Both the position numbers and the translations under genes were made by a program. Positions 7,585 through 17,419 of a stretch of DNA of 64,000 nt are shown here, piece by piece. Location: contig JAWVXD010000001.1 of assembly GCA_033723415.1 (NCBI GenBank), forward strand, positions 1-64,000, given 5' to 3'. This DNA comes from Sulfurospirillaceae bacterium. Its GTDB lineage: Bacteria > Campylobacterota > Campylobacteria > Campylobacterales > Sulfurospirillaceae. The notes beneath the pieces were generated by a model. It searched no databases. It was given only the letters and a program-made list of their open reading frames with translations, and was not told the origin of the DNA. Each line of letters starts with the position of its first letter. Positions within the stretch are counted from its first letter, which is position 1.

Positions 7585-7741
7585 GACTAACGGGGCGCGG
7601 GTGAGTGACTGCCATTGGTAAACCTTTAGGTTTTCCGATGGCAGATTGCTCCTCCCGCTTGTTATCTGGTGCGAAGCTCCGGATGACTAGCGGGTGTTCA
7701 GCCCGAGCCGTTGTACGTTCCCGCTTTGCGGAAACGTACAA
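7585..7741 (-). repeat. Gene-less attC module, copy 4 (array head variant): attC 7585-7667, inverted mini-site 7681-7716, different terminal hairpin 7711-7741
   Basis: Matches other copies up to gttcagcccg, then agccGTTGTACgttcccgctttgcggaaacGTACAA. Confidence 0.85.
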
Positions 7742-7870
7742 TTATTTATTAATTCTAATATTATAATTAGATAATTCTTATATAGAGTATAAACATAATT
7801 TTATGTAGTATATAAACTACAAATATAAAGTATAGTATTACTTTTTAGCCTAGATAAACTATTATTATGT
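7742..7870 (-). promoter_or_regulatory. AT-rich array leader; candidate Pc/attI region
   Basis: Non-coding, very AT-rich, minus-strand TATAAT at 7765-7760, several short inverted repeats; directly upstream of the first module. Confidence 0.4.
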
Positions 7871-7877
7871 GAAGCCT

Positions 7878-8696
7878 TCAATCTTGAAGAAAAGGATAAA
7901 TCTTTTCAAGGAGCAGATCGGGCTGTTCTTCGATTACTAAATGTCCACTATCTAGGATAACATGAAATAATGAGTTTGGGATCATGTTGTGCAAAACTTT
8001 ACCTTGTTGTAGCGGTATCCATGTATCCTCGCGTCCCCAAAGGATCAAAACAGGCTTGGTGATCTGGGTGTATAAGGGTTGTACTTCATCCGTGTAACTT
8101 GAATTGGCCTGTGCGATTTGTCGGTAAAAAGCCGCTTTTCCGTCTGGTCCTGTCCACGGGAGGACAATCATATCCAGTATCGCATTATCTATGGGTTTGA
8201 AGGCGGCTGTATTGATGTATGCGCGAACAATAGCTTCATGAATATAATCCGGAACACCTGCAAAAGCAGCTTCGTGTGCGTTGACGTGCTGGAAAAAAGG
8301 CGAACCCCATGGGGAAACCGCAACCGGATCAATAAGTACGATTTTTTTAAATTCGCGTCCATTGATAAGGTGTGTCCGAAGAACCGTCGTACCTCCAAAA
8401 TCATGGCCAATTATGACTGGATTCTCAATCTCCCAGTGGTCAATAAGTCGATTCAATATCTGGTTCTGAATAGCTAGTGAAACATCACCGGGTGATTTAT
8501 CCGATTGGCCGTAACCGATTAGATCATAGTAGTACACTGTGAAGTTTTTGGATAAAGCTTGGATTAGATGTCGCAAGTTAAACGAAGACCAAGGTGTACC
8601 ATGGACAACGACTACAGGAGGGCCATCACCGAGCACTCCATATCTCACGGTACGTCCATCAAAATCGTAAGCCTCGGGTAGTTTCCATTCAGTCAT
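7878..8696 (-). CDS. Alpha/beta fold hydrolase
   Basis: HGTPW oxyanion motif, YDLIGYGQS, GHDFGG nucleophile elbow, WGREDTW, GH; start MTEWK after GAGGAG. Confidence 0.9.
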   Translation of the reverse strand: MTEWKLPEAYDFDGRTVRYGVLGDGPPVVVVHGTPWSSFNLRHLIQALSKNFTVYYYDLIGYGQSDKSPGDVSLAIQNQILNRLIDHWEIENPVIIGHDFGGTTVLRTHLINGREFKKIVLIDPVAVSPWGSPFFQHVNAHEAAFAGVPDYIHEAIVRAYINTAAFKPIDNAILDMIVLPWTGPDGKAAFYRQIAQANSSYTDEVQPLYTQITKPVLILWGREDTWIPLQQGKVLHNMIPNSLFHVILDSGHLVIEEQPDLLLEKIYPFLQD

Positions 8697-8881
8697 CTGC
8701 CAAACTCCTCTCACATCACTAGTGATTAATGCCACTATTATAGTTATATAATACTTAATGGGCTATGAACAAAACTTACACTATATCAATCATGTTTCAT
8801 GTTGCATTTAGGTCAAATAGTCTATGACTTTGTGATAAAAAGACACAAAAAGTTTAGGCAATCTTTCGCAAAAAACTTTTC

Positions 8882-9235
8882 TTACGTTGATTTTCTAAAC
8901 AACTTCTTAACTTTCAAGAGTCCCATTTGCATGCCGCTGTATCTCATGATCTTTGCTAGGGCTTTCCACTCGGTCTTTTCGTAGCAGGGGGTTGGGCATT
9001 TGCGGCATTTTGGTTTTTCATCATGTGGGCATTCTATGAGTCTTTGGTGTGAATACTTTAGCGTTTGTTCGCAGGTCGCGCATAGGTGGTAGTTGATCGT
9101 ACCAAGATCGGTGTCATGATAGGTCAAGATGAGGTGATCTGACTTCTTATCATGACCCGTATGGTTTTTGTCGCAGTAGAGTTGTATGAACTTATGCACG
9201 ACTCTCACGTCGTTTTCAAATTTTTCGGTTTTCAT
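8882..9235 (-). CDS. YgbA-like (nitrous oxide-stimulated promoter family) Cys-rich protein
   Basis: LYC..H, LCxxCxxxLxYxxxRLxxCP...KPKCRKCPTPCY...IMRYSG pattern; start overlaps upstream stop (ATGA). Confidence 0.85.
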   Translation of the reverse strand: MKTEKFENDVRVVHKFIQLYCDKNHTGHDKKSDHLILTYHDTDLGTINYHLCATCEQTLKYSHQRLIECPHDEKPKCRKCPTPCYEKTEWKALAKIMRYSGMQMGLLKVKKLFRKST

Positions 9236-9747
9236 CTCAGTCCTCCTCTTGGTCTCCATTTGTAATCTTTGTCATGTTCAACTTTGGAAAAGAACAATTT
9301 CCCCGAATCCCTCCACGGATCTAGAAGCACGCCTTGATCAAAGCTGCATCCTTTGCAGGTGACGACCAGCACGTTGTGTTCATCCCAGTAGTTACCTATG
9401 TTCGCACCACCGATGTAGTAGTCAAAACTTTTATAATGCTGTTTTTTGACAAAGGAGAGCATATCGTATGCAAACTGCCAGCAAAGTCCTTTTTTTCGCA
9501 AACCGACGTTGACTAAAAAGTTTTGAAACAGCGGTGGCCTGACGAGTTTGTAATCATGCGCAAGTTTTTCTGCATGAATTACAGCTTTGCGTGCCAGATC
9601 TTTTGCTTCGGATTTTTTTACATGAAGTGAGTTTAACATCTTGTTGAGTTTTGACACTTGATGAGCGTTAACTTTTGGAAGATTTGGTTTTGGTGCACAA
9701 CCGCTGAGCAATAAAATTGTAACCAATATGCCGAGATACTTTTTCAT
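9232..9747 (-). CDS. Hypothetical lipoprotein
   Basis: Lipobox LLSGC; GLCW, EHN, LDPWR motifs suggest a transglutaminase-like Cys-His-Asp set. Confidence 0.75.
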   Translation of the reverse strand: MKKYLGILVTILLLSGCAPKPNLPKVNAHQVSKLNKMLNSLHVKKSEAKDLARKAVIHAEKLAHDYKLVRPPLFQNFLVNVGLRKKGLCWQFAYDMLSFVKKQHYKSFDYYIGGANIGNYWDEHNVLVVTCKGCSFDQGVLLDPWRDSGKLFFSKVEHDKDYKWRPRGGLR

Positions 9748-9857
9748 AAGCGCTATATTAATAAAATAAGATAAATATATTTTAAATGCAATTAAGTAAA
9801 ACTACAGTATAATCCGTACCTTAATTTACAAAAATTAAATACTATCAAAGGAAAAAC

Positions 9858-9992
9858 ATGAAAAGAACATTTCAACCGCACAATACTCCAAAGAAGAGAA
9901 CTCACGGTTTTAGAACTAGAATGAAGACTAAAAATGGAAGAAAAACTATAAATGCAAGACGTGCAAAAGGTAGAAAAAGATTGGCTGCATAG
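9858..9992 (+). CDS. rpmH: 50S ribosomal protein L34
   Basis: Hand translation [44 protein letters not shown]. Confidence 0.97.
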   Translation: MKRTFQPHNTPKKRTHGFRTRMKTKNGRKTINARRAKGRKRLAA

Positions 9993-10318
9993 GAAGTTAT
10001 AGGGTACTAAAGAAAACAAAAGAGTTTTCTTACGTATATAATAATGGCAAAAAATGGCACTTTGAAGGTGCCGTGATCTTTTACACGCCTGGTTCTGAAA
10101 AACAAGTAGGTTTTACAGCAAGCAAAAAAGTTGGAAATGCAGTTAAAAGAAATAGAGCAAGAAGAAGACTGAAAGCTCTGTTTCTGGAATTGCAAAAAGA
10201 TTTATCTGTGGGAAGTTACGTATTTGTAGCCAAAGATAAAATCCATAGTTTAGATTATGAATCTCTAAAAAACGGCTTGCTTTGGTCATTTGAACGACTA
10301 AAATGTTTGGAAAAATGA
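9989..10318 (+). CDS. rnpA: Ribonuclease P protein component (probable non-canonical ATA start)
   Basis: [22 protein letters not shown] motif; conserved-looking N-terminus [18 protein letters not shown] lies upstream of the GTG at 10073 in the same frame. Confidence 0.9.
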   Translation: MGSYRVLKKTKEFSYVYNNGKKWHFEGAVIFYTPGSEKQVGFTASKKVGNAVKRNRARRRLKALFLELQKDLSVGSYVFVAKDKIHSLDYESLKNGLLWSFERLKCLEK

Positions 10319-10653
10319 AAAAAATAGCATTATCATTGATATGGTTCTATCAAAAATTTCTTACGCTTTTTAGCTATGGAAGTTGTAGATATTATCCGAC
10401 TTGTTCGCAATATGCTAAAGAGCAGATAATGTTTAATAATTTTTTTAAAGCTCTGTTTTTTTCAGTTTTGAGGATTCTCAGATGCAATCAGCTTTTTGTT
10501 GGCGGTATTGACTATCCTGTGGTTAAGAAGGTTTTTACCAAGACTTCTTTTATAAGAAGCCATAAATCATCTTTTAAAAAAGTATCTTTTTGGTTCATCC
10601 CAAAAGATGAAAAAAGTTTTTATGTTGTAAAATCTTTTAAAAATATTATATAA
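10315..10653 (+). CDS. yidD: Membrane protein insertion efficiency factor
   Basis: CRYYPTCSQYA, RILRCN, GGIDYP; operon position. Confidence 0.92.
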   Translation: MKKIALSLIWFYQKFLTLFSYGSCRYYPTCSQYAKEQIMFNNFFKALFFSVLRILRCNQLFVGGIDYPVVKKVFTKTSFIRSHKSSFKKVSFWFIPKDEKSFYVVKSFKNII

Positions 10654-10670
10654 ATATAAAAGGGTTATTT

Positions 10671-12275
10671 GTGTTAGACAAACTTAGTAATCAAAACAGG
10701 ATCATAATAGCAACAGTTTTATCATTTTTATTTTTTGCTACTTATGATTATTTTTTTATTCCAAAACCGGTCCATAATTTTAATGAGCAAAATAGCTCCA
10801 AAGTTGAGAAAAATGCAACAATAAATTCTTCAAAAGCTCCAGTCGCTGCTGATACAAGCAGTAATGTACCAAGTAAAATCGCCAAAACACCGACAAGTAC
10901 CGTAAAGAATGCAGACAAGATATTGGCTACGGTAAAATCTAAAAATTATGAATTGGAAATAGACAGTTTAGGAAGAATCACTAAGTTTTATCTTAATGAC
11001 AAAAAATACCTCTTGCCTGATGGGCATAGACTACAACTCGTCGATCATAAGCTGAGTTTCTTACCTTTAGAGATAAGATTCAGTGACGAGGCTATAAATA
11101 CGGAAGCATTTGCTACATCTTATAGCACGGATAAATCTGAAGTTGAACTAAAAGACAAACCTGTAAAAATCACTTTGACTCAAGACCTTCCGGGAGTGAA
11201 AGTAAAAAAAGAGCTTACATTTTATAATGACGGGCATTATGACGTAAATGTCGTACTAGATAAAAATAAAGAGTATTTTATAACTCCCGGATATCACCCA
11301 AGTCTTGCGAAAGACCACTATACCTTTCATGGTGCGCTTCTTAAAAAAAGTGACGGCGGTATGGAGATCATTTCCGATGGTGATGCAAAACAACAAACTT
11401 TCAAAGATGTAAAATTTGCAGGAAATGCAGATAAATATTATGCAACGGTTTTATATAATTTCAAAACAGGCATGACAGTAGTCGAAAGTCCTGAAAAAGA
11501 TAAAATACCTGCACTTTATATAAAAGGTACTCAAGATCTAAAATTAAGCGGATATATCGGACCTAAAGAATTTGTGATATTAAATAAAATAAATCCAGGC
11601 TTGACTGACTTGATAGAATATGGATTTTTTACATTTATATCAAAGCCTCTTTTTGTGCTATTATCTATGATCCATTCATACTTAGGAAACTGGGGTTGGG
11701 CTATCGTTGTTCTTACATTCTTGATAAGATTGGTACTGTTCCCTCTTACATATAAGGGTATGGTCTCTATGAACAAGATGAAAATCTTGGCACCGAAGAT
11801 GAAAGAACTCCAAGCAAAATATAAAGGCGACAAACAAAAACTAAATGCCCATATGATGGAACTTTACAAAAAGCACGGCGCAAACCCTATGGGTGGGTGT
11901 CTTCCTATGATCCTTCAGATTCCGGTGTTTTTTGCCATCTACCGCGTACTGCAAAATGCGGTTGAGCTAAAAGGTGCTCCTTGGATCTTTTGGATACATG
12001 ACCTAGCTGTTATGGATCCGTACTTTATACTTCCGGTTTTAATGGGCTTGTCTATGTTCATCCAACAAAGATTGGCTCCAAATAATTTTACAGACAAAAC
12101 TCAAGAAAAAATTATGAAATTTTTACCTTTGATTTTTACATTTTTCTTTGTTACATTCCCTGCGGGTTTGACACTTTACTGGTTTGTAAGCAACCTGTTC
12201 TCGATAGCACAGCAAACATATGTAAACAAAGCATTTGAAAAGCATAGGGTAGTTGAGGAAAAGGCTACAAAATGA
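10671..12275 (+). CDS. yidC: Membrane protein insertase
   Basis: GNWGWAI, ANPMGGCLPMILQIPVF, DPYFILP motifs. Confidence 0.97.
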   Translation: MLDKLSNQNRIIIATVLSFLFFATYDYFFIPKPVHNFNEQNSSKVEKNATINSSKAPVAADTSSNVPSKIAKTPTSTVKNADKILATVKSKNYELEIDSLGRITKFYLNDKKYLLPDGHRLQLVDHKLSFLPLEIRFSDEAINTEAFATSYSTDKSEVELKDKPVKITLTQDLPGVKVKKELTFYNDGHYDVNVVLDKNKEYFITPGYHPSLAKDHYTFHGALLKKSDGGMEIISDGDAKQQTFKDVKFAGNADKYYATVLYNFKTGMTVVESPEKDKIPALYIKGTQDLKLSGYIGPKEFVILNKINPGLTDLIEYGFFTFISKPLFVLLSMIHSYLGNWGWAIVVLTFLIRLVLFPLTYKGMVSMNKMKILAPKMKELQAKYKGDKQKLNAHMMELYKKHGANPMGGCLPMILQIPVFFAIYRVLQNAVELKGAPWIFWIHDLAVMDPYFILPVLMGLSMFIQQRLAPNNFTDKTQEKIMKFLPLIFTFFFVTFPAGLTLYWFVSNLFSIAQQTYVNKAFEKHRVVEEKATK

Positions 12276-13126
12276 TAAAGATAGAAGCAAATACACTACA
12301 AGAAGCATATTTAGACGCGGCAAAAGAATTTAACTGTTCTGTTACTGAGTTGGATATAGAGATTGTACAAAATGCAAATTCCGGCTTTTTGGGTATGTTC
12401 AAAAAAACAGCCATCATAGAAGTTTCAAAAAAAGGCTCCTCTCGTAAAGAGAACAGGGGCCCGAAACAAGAAACGAACACTAGCCCAAGAAGAGAGAAAA
12501 ATTTTGAAAAAAAGAGAAAACAAAAACCAAGAAGAGAAGATAATCGTAAAGAAGAAACAAAAGTAAATAACAACACAACGACTCACAAAAAAGCTCCTGA
12601 AAAACAAATCTCTTCAGAAATTCAAGAGAAGCCAAAACAACCAGAAATCAAAGTTGATATTGATAAAGCAATCAAAACTATAGAAGTTGATATAAACAGA
12701 CTCTTTAAAGAGAGCTGTTTTGAAATAGACAATATAAAAGTGTCTAAATATGATGACGAGACTATATTGATAGAATTTTCAGGAGAAGATGTTGCTCTTC
12801 TAATAGGAAAAGAAGGGTATAGATATAAAGCTCTTTCTTACTTATTGTACAATTGGATAAATATCAAGTATGGTCTAAATATACGCCTTGAAATTGCAGA
12901 GTTTCTAAAAAATCAAGAAGAGATGATAGGAAAGTATTTAGTTCCTGTCATTGAGCGAGTTAGAAACAACGGAAGAGGGCAAACGAAAATCTTAGACGGT
13001 GTTCTTATAAAAATCGCATTAGAAAAGCTCAGGGTAGAATTTCCTGAAAAATATGTCGGTATAAAATCTGGCAGAGAGGGCGGTAGATTTATAGTCATTA
13101 ACGATTTCAACAGGAAAGTCAAATAG
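12272..13126 (+). CDS. jag: Jag/KhpB (EloR)-family RNA-binding protein
   Basis: Jag N-terminus (GFLGMFKK), KH-like LLIGKEGYRYKAL; operon position. Confidence 0.88.
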   Translation: MIKIEANTLQEAYLDAAKEFNCSVTELDIEIVQNANSGFLGMFKKTAIIEVSKKGSSRKENRGPKQETNTSPRREKNFEKKRKQKPRREDNRKEETKVNNNTTTHKKAPEKQISSEIQEKPKQPEIKVDIDKAIKTIEVDINRLFKESCFEIDNIKVSKYDDETILIEFSGEDVALLIGKEGYRYKALSYLLYNWINIKYGLNIRLEIAEFLKNQEEMIGKYLVPVIERVRNNGRGQTKILDGVLIKIALEKLRVEFPEKYVGIKSGREGGRFIVINDFNRKVK

Positions 13127-14460
13127 ACACAATATCCGCGATAGCTACGGCTCATGGTGTAGGCTCTATAGCAGTTGTAAGAGTCAGTGGGCCAAATTCT
13201 CTACACATAGCACAAAAAATTACAAAAAAAGAAAAATTTACTCCTAGATATGCCTCAAAATTAACACTTTACGATGATAGTGGATCTGTTATAGATGAAT
13301 CTATAGTTATATATTTTAAGGGACCAAATTCGTTTACGGCAGAAGATATAGTTGAATTTCAATGTCATGGCGGTATCGTGGTCGCTGATATGATTTTGGA
13401 TGCAGTCATAAAAAACGGTGCTAGATTGGCTGAACCTGGAGAATTTTCAAAAAGAGCATTTTTAAATGGCAAGATCGATCTCACGGAAGCTGAGGCAATA
13501 GCAAAGATCATAGAGACAAAGAGCATAGATGCAGCGAAGATATTGGCACGTCAAATGAGAGGCGAGCTGAAAGAGTTCGTAGAAAAGATCAGAGATGATC
13601 TAGTTGATGTTTTGGCATATGTTGAAGCAAGTATTGATTATGCAGAAGAAGACCTGCCTCAAGATTTACTTCAGCAAATAGAGGCAAAATTAAAAAAATT
13701 AGAAGACTTACTTAAAACCACCTATGATAATTCAAAAAGAAGAGAAGGATTAGTCGAAGGTTTCAGAGTAGCGATAGTCGGTAAACCAAATGTTGGTAAA
13801 AGTTCACTTCTCAATTCACTTTTAAGTTATGATCGAGCTATTATAAGTGACATCGCAGGAACAACAAGAGATACTATAGAAGAAGAGGTCAGGATAGGCA
13901 CTCATCTTATTAAGATCGTAGATACAGCAGGTATACGTGAGTCAAATGATCTAGTAGAAAATATAGGAATAGATCGATCAAAAAAAGCTATAGAGTCATC
14001 AGACATAGTTATAGCACTATTTGACAATTCACGAGAATTTGATGCTGAAGATAGAGTTATCTTGGATATATTGAAAGAGTGTCCAGAAGATAAACATATC
14101 ATACAGGCTCTAAATAAAAAAGACTTGCCTGCAAAGTTTGATATCTCCAATATTGAAGGAGATTTTATAGAAATATCTAGCATTTATGACAATACATTGA
14201 TCTTAGATAAATTAAAAAAATTACTAGATAGTTCATCAAATGATGATTCTATTTTGTTGACTTCAAAGAGACAGATGAGAGCCATAGATATGACTATTGA
14301 AGCTATAGAACAAAGTAGACACGTACTCAATGAGGGTGAATTGGAAATATTTGCATTTCATTTAAACGAGGCAATCGGCAGCATGTCCTCGATCACCACA
14401 AATTTTGACAGAGATGAAATACTTGAAAAGATGTTCGGTAGTTTTTGTTTGGGTAAATAG
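13123..14460 (+). CDS. mnmE: tRNA modification GTPase (probable ATA start)
   Basis: DTISAIATAHGVGSIAVVRVSG N-terminus in frame from 13123; GKPNVGKSS, GTTRD, DTAG, C-terminal FCLGK. Confidence 0.95.
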   Translation: MDTISAIATAHGVGSIAVVRVSGPNSLHIAQKITKKEKFTPRYASKLTLYDDSGSVIDESIVIYFKGPNSFTAEDIVEFQCHGGIVVADMILDAVIKNGARLAEPGEFSKRAFLNGKIDLTEAEAIAKIIETKSIDAAKILARQMRGELKEFVEKIRDDLVDVLAYVEASIDYAEEDLPQDLLQQIEAKLKKLEDLLKTTYDNSKRREGLVEGFRVAIVGKPNVGKSSLLNSLLSYDRAIISDIAGTTRDTIEEEVRIGTHLIKIVDTAGIRESNDLVENIGIDRSKKAIESSDIVIALFDNSREFDAEDRVILDILKECPEDKHIIQALNKKDLPAKFDISNIEGDFIEISSIYDNTLILDKLKKLLDSSSNDDSILLTSKRQMRAIDMTIEAIEQSRHVLNEGELEIFAFHLNEAIGSMSSITTNFDRDEILEKMFGSFCLGK

Positions 14461-14671
14461 AAACAATACAAAGAAATTTTTTAAGTATACTTTAGCCATT
14501 TAACGTTTTTTATTCACTTTCCGCACAATTTACAAACACAAATTTTAGATTTCAATTTCACTACATTGAGTGTAAAAAAACTATACATTAAAATTTTTCA
14601 AAAATTAGACGCCAGAAGTTTTGACTAAGAATAAATATGCTAATATTTTATATTTATTATAAGGAAAATAT

Positions 14672-15136
14672 ATGCAATTTTTATTTGGAATGATAGTCGG
14701 CTTTGTTATTAGTGCTATTGTAATCTGGAAAATTATGCCAAAAATAATGATCATAAATAAACAAAGTAAGCTAAATTTTGAGGACACAGTCGAAGAAATA
14801 CAGAAGTTGGCAAAAGGTATGGGCTGGAGTGTTCCTTACGTATACAACATGAAGCAGTCATTTGAAAAGGCAGGGAATGAAAATGTAGCAAAAATGCATG
14901 TTATTTCATTGGGCAATGCAGGTCACGCTTATGGAATAGTTAAGCATGACAAGGATAAAAATATCCTCTCTTTTATGCCATATCGTGCAGGAGTATATGA
15001 GGACAAAAATGGAAAAGTTTTCTATTGTGGCGCAAATATGGGCGTTTTAAGTAAAATATTTGGTGGAAACGTAGAAAAAATCATGGGCGCTTCCGCAAAA
15101 GAACTGGAAACAGCTTTTTCTAAAATTTTACACTAA
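14672..15136 (+). CDS. DUF302-domain protein with N-terminal TM
   Basis: SKLNFEDTV, MPYRAGVYE pattern resembles DUF302. Confidence 0.7.
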   Translation: MQFLFGMIVGFVISAIVIWKIMPKIMIINKQSKLNFEDTVEEIQKLAKGMGWSVPYVYNMKQSFEKAGNENVAKMHVISLGNAGHAYGIVKHDKDKNILSFMPYRAGVYEDKNGKVFYCGANMGVLSKIFGGNVEKIMGASAKELETAFSKILH

Positions 15137-15208
15137 TCAAATACTTAAATACATATTTAGCACTTTTTTAGTAGAATAATCCCATATTAATTTATGGGAC
15201 TAAAATTT

Positions 15209-17413
15209 ATGCAAAACTTAGATGACGTATTAAAACAACACAAGCTTACGATGGATGAATATCAAAATATTCTAAAGATCATGGGAAGAGAGCCAAATCT
15301 TTTAGAGATAAAGATATTTTCTTCTATGTGGAGTGAACACTGCTCTTATAAATCAAGCAAAAAGTATCTAAATGGTTTTCCGACGAAGGCTCCTTGGGTT
15401 ATCCAAGGACCTGGTGAAAATGCAGGTGTCATAGATATAGGAAACGGGCTTGCAGCAGTATTTAAGATGGAATCTCATAACCACCCAAGTTTTATAGAAC
15501 CTTATCAAGGTGCAGCTACAGGAGTAGGTGGAATCTTAAGAGATGTTTTTACTATGGGAGCAAGACCTGTAGCAAATATGAATTCACTTCGCTTTGGAAA
15601 TATCAGGAATGATGATGAAACTGCCAGACATCAAAGATATTTGGTGCGTGGAGTGGTCGCAGGTATCGGAGATTACGGTAACTGTATGGGCGTTCCTACT
15701 ATAGGGGGTGAAACATCTTTTGAAGAGTGTTATAACGGAAATATCTTAGTAAATGCATTTACTTTAGGACTTGTGAAAACAGATGAAATTTTCTATGGAC
15801 TAGCAAAAGGCGTGGGCAATCCCGTTATTTATGTAGGTAGTAAAACTGGAAGAGACGGACTTGGCGGCGCTGTCATGGCAAGCGATAGTTTCAGTGAAGA
15901 AAATAAAGCTCTGAGACCTACCGTACAAGTCGGAGATCCATTTGCAGAGAAACTTTTACTTGAAGCTTGTTTAGAGCTTTTTAAACATGATTACATCGTC
16001 GGCATCCAAGACATGGGTGCTGCCGGACTGACAAGCAGTTCTTTTGAGATGGCGGGACGAAGCGGAAGCGGAATGATCATGCATCTAAATCTCGTTCCTG
16101 CACGTGAAGAAGGTATGCTTCCTTTTGAATTTATGCTCAGTGAATCTCAAGAGCGAATGCTTATCTGCGCCAAAAAAGGTTATGAAGATAAAGTCTTGGA
16201 AATTTTTAGAAAGTGGGATCTTGACGCAGAAGTTATCGGAGAAGTTACAAATAGCGGAAATATGGAGCTTTTCTGGTTCGGAGACAAAGTTGCAGATATC
16301 CCTGTATTGCCTGTCGGTGAAAAAGCACCTGTATATGACAGACCTGTAAAAAAACCTGAATATTTAGATAAGATAAAAGATACGACTATAGACGATTTTG
16401 AGAAAGTTTCAAATCAGAGAGCATTTGATATGTTGTTCTCGTCTCCTGAAGTCGTTGATAAATCTTGGATCATTCAACAGTATGACTCGATGGTACAGAC
16501 AAATACGATAAAAGCACCTGGCAGCTTGGATGCAAGCTCTATTAGAGTCAAAGATACAAATGTCGCTCTTTCTATGAGCAGTGATTGTAATCCTAGATTT
16601 AACTATATTGATCCGTTTGGCGGAGCTGCTGCTGCTGTTATGGAAAGCGGAAGAAACGTAGCTATGAGCGGAGCCACTCCAAAAGCAATCACAGATTGTC
16701 TCAATTATGGAAATCCTGAAAACCCAGAGATTATGTGGCAGTTTGCACAAGGATGTTATGGTATAAAAGAAGCATGTGCAGCACTTAACACACCTGTGGT
16801 CAGTGGAAATGTATCTTTATATAATGAAACAAACGGTGTTGGTATTTTCCCTACTCCTGCAATAGCAATGGTCGGTATAAATGAGAACGCGAACTCTACA
16901 CTTCCTAGCTTCTTTCAAGAGATTGGAAATCCAATATACCTTATAGGTGACACATACAGTGATTTTGGCGGTAGTCTATACATGAAGGAACTTTTTGGAA
17001 AAGTAGAAGGCTCTTTAGCTAAAATAGACTATAAAAAAGAGTTAAAACTTTGGGAATTAGTGATCAGTGCAAATAAACAGAATCTTCTAAAATGTGCTAA
17101 AGATGTTAATGTCGGCGGAATTGCTATAGCTTTGGCTAAGATGAGTTGTATGAGTGGATTAGGCTCTGTGAGTTGTATGGAATTAGAAGATGAAAGAGAT
17201 ATATTTTCTGAAAGCTTTTCAAGAGCTATAGTTGAAGTCACTGATGAGGAAAAATTTGAAAAAATGGCTGAGAAAATAGGTATAAATGTCCAAAAGATAG
17301 GTAGTGTTACAAAAGAAGATGATTTTGTTTGCAACTACATCAATGTAAATCTAAGTGAGCTTAAAAACATATATTTTAATAGATTTCAAGAATTAATAGA
17401 ACAAGACATTTAA
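15209..17413 (+). CDS. purL: Phosphoribosylformylglycinamidine synthase subunit
   Basis: [33 protein letters not shown]; alternative start 15194. Confidence 0.97.
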   Translation: MQNLDDVLKQHKLTMDEYQNILKIMGREPNLLEIKIFSSMWSEHCSYKSSKKYLNGFPTKAPWVIQGPGENAGVIDIGNGLAAVFKMESHNHPSFIEPYQGAATGVGGILRDVFTMGARPVANMNSLRFGNIRNDDETARHQRYLVRGVVAGIGDYGNCMGVPTIGGETSFEECYNGNILVNAFTLGLVKTDEIFYGLAKGVGNPVIYVGSKTGRDGLGGAVMASDSFSEENKALRPTVQVGDPFAEKLLLEACLELFKHDYIVGIQDMGAAGLTSSSFEMAGRSGSGMIMHLNLVPAREEGMLPFEFMLSESQERMLICAKKGYEDKVLEIFRKWDLDAEVIGEVTNSGNMELFWFGDKVADIPVLPVGEKAPVYDRPVKKPEYLDKIKDTTIDDFEKVSNQRAFDMLFSSPEVVDKSWIIQQYDSMVQTNTIKAPGSLDASSIRVKDTNVALSMSSDCNPRFNYIDPFGGAAAAVMESGRNVAMSGATPKAITDCLNYGNPENPEIMWQFAQGCYGIKEACAALNTPVVSGNVSLYNETNGVGIFPTPAIAMVGINENANSTLPSFFQEIGNPIYLIGDTYSDFGGSLYMKELFGKVEGSLAKIDYKKELKLWELVISANKQNLLKCAKDVNVGGIAIALAKMSCMSGLGSVSCMELEDERDIFSESFSRAIVEVTDEEKFEKMAEKIGINVQKIGSVTKEDDFVCNYINVNLSELKNIYFNRFQELIEQDI

Positions 17414-17419
17414 CGTTTT

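Larger units (their letters stand above)
1..7741 (-). mobile_element. Integron-type gene cassette array without integrase in the window (CALIN-like); continues past the left edge
   Basis: Co-oriented minus-strand single ORFs separated by imperfect palindromes RYYYAAC...GTTRRRY. The 7-mer opening each intact cassette is the exact complement of its own R'' box in 5/5 cases: GTTAGTC/GACTAAC twice, GTTATGT/ACATAAC, GTTATGC/GCATAAC, GTTAACC/GGTTAAC. Confidence 0.9.

Noticed and set aside
4673..7741. CRISPR array interpretation of the repeats
   Set aside because: Repeats are 119-159 bp, the intervening sequences are whole genes, no cas genes are present, and attC R-box logic explains the boundaries.
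7701..7741. Group II intron domain V resemblance (gagccg...)
   Set aside because: The sequence after GAGCCG does not form the DV stem with a catalytic triad, and there is no RT gene or other intron domain.
7878..8696. Alpha/beta hydrolase as another cassette
   Set aside because: No attC after its stop and no matching GTT box before it.
8803..8816. Possible Crp/Fnr box (TTGACCTAAATGCA on the minus strand)
   Set aside because: Only one half-site matches and there is no correctly spaced -10.
9750..9857. oriC next to rpmH
   Set aside because: No dnaA and no cluster of DnaA boxes seen; just a divergent promoter region.
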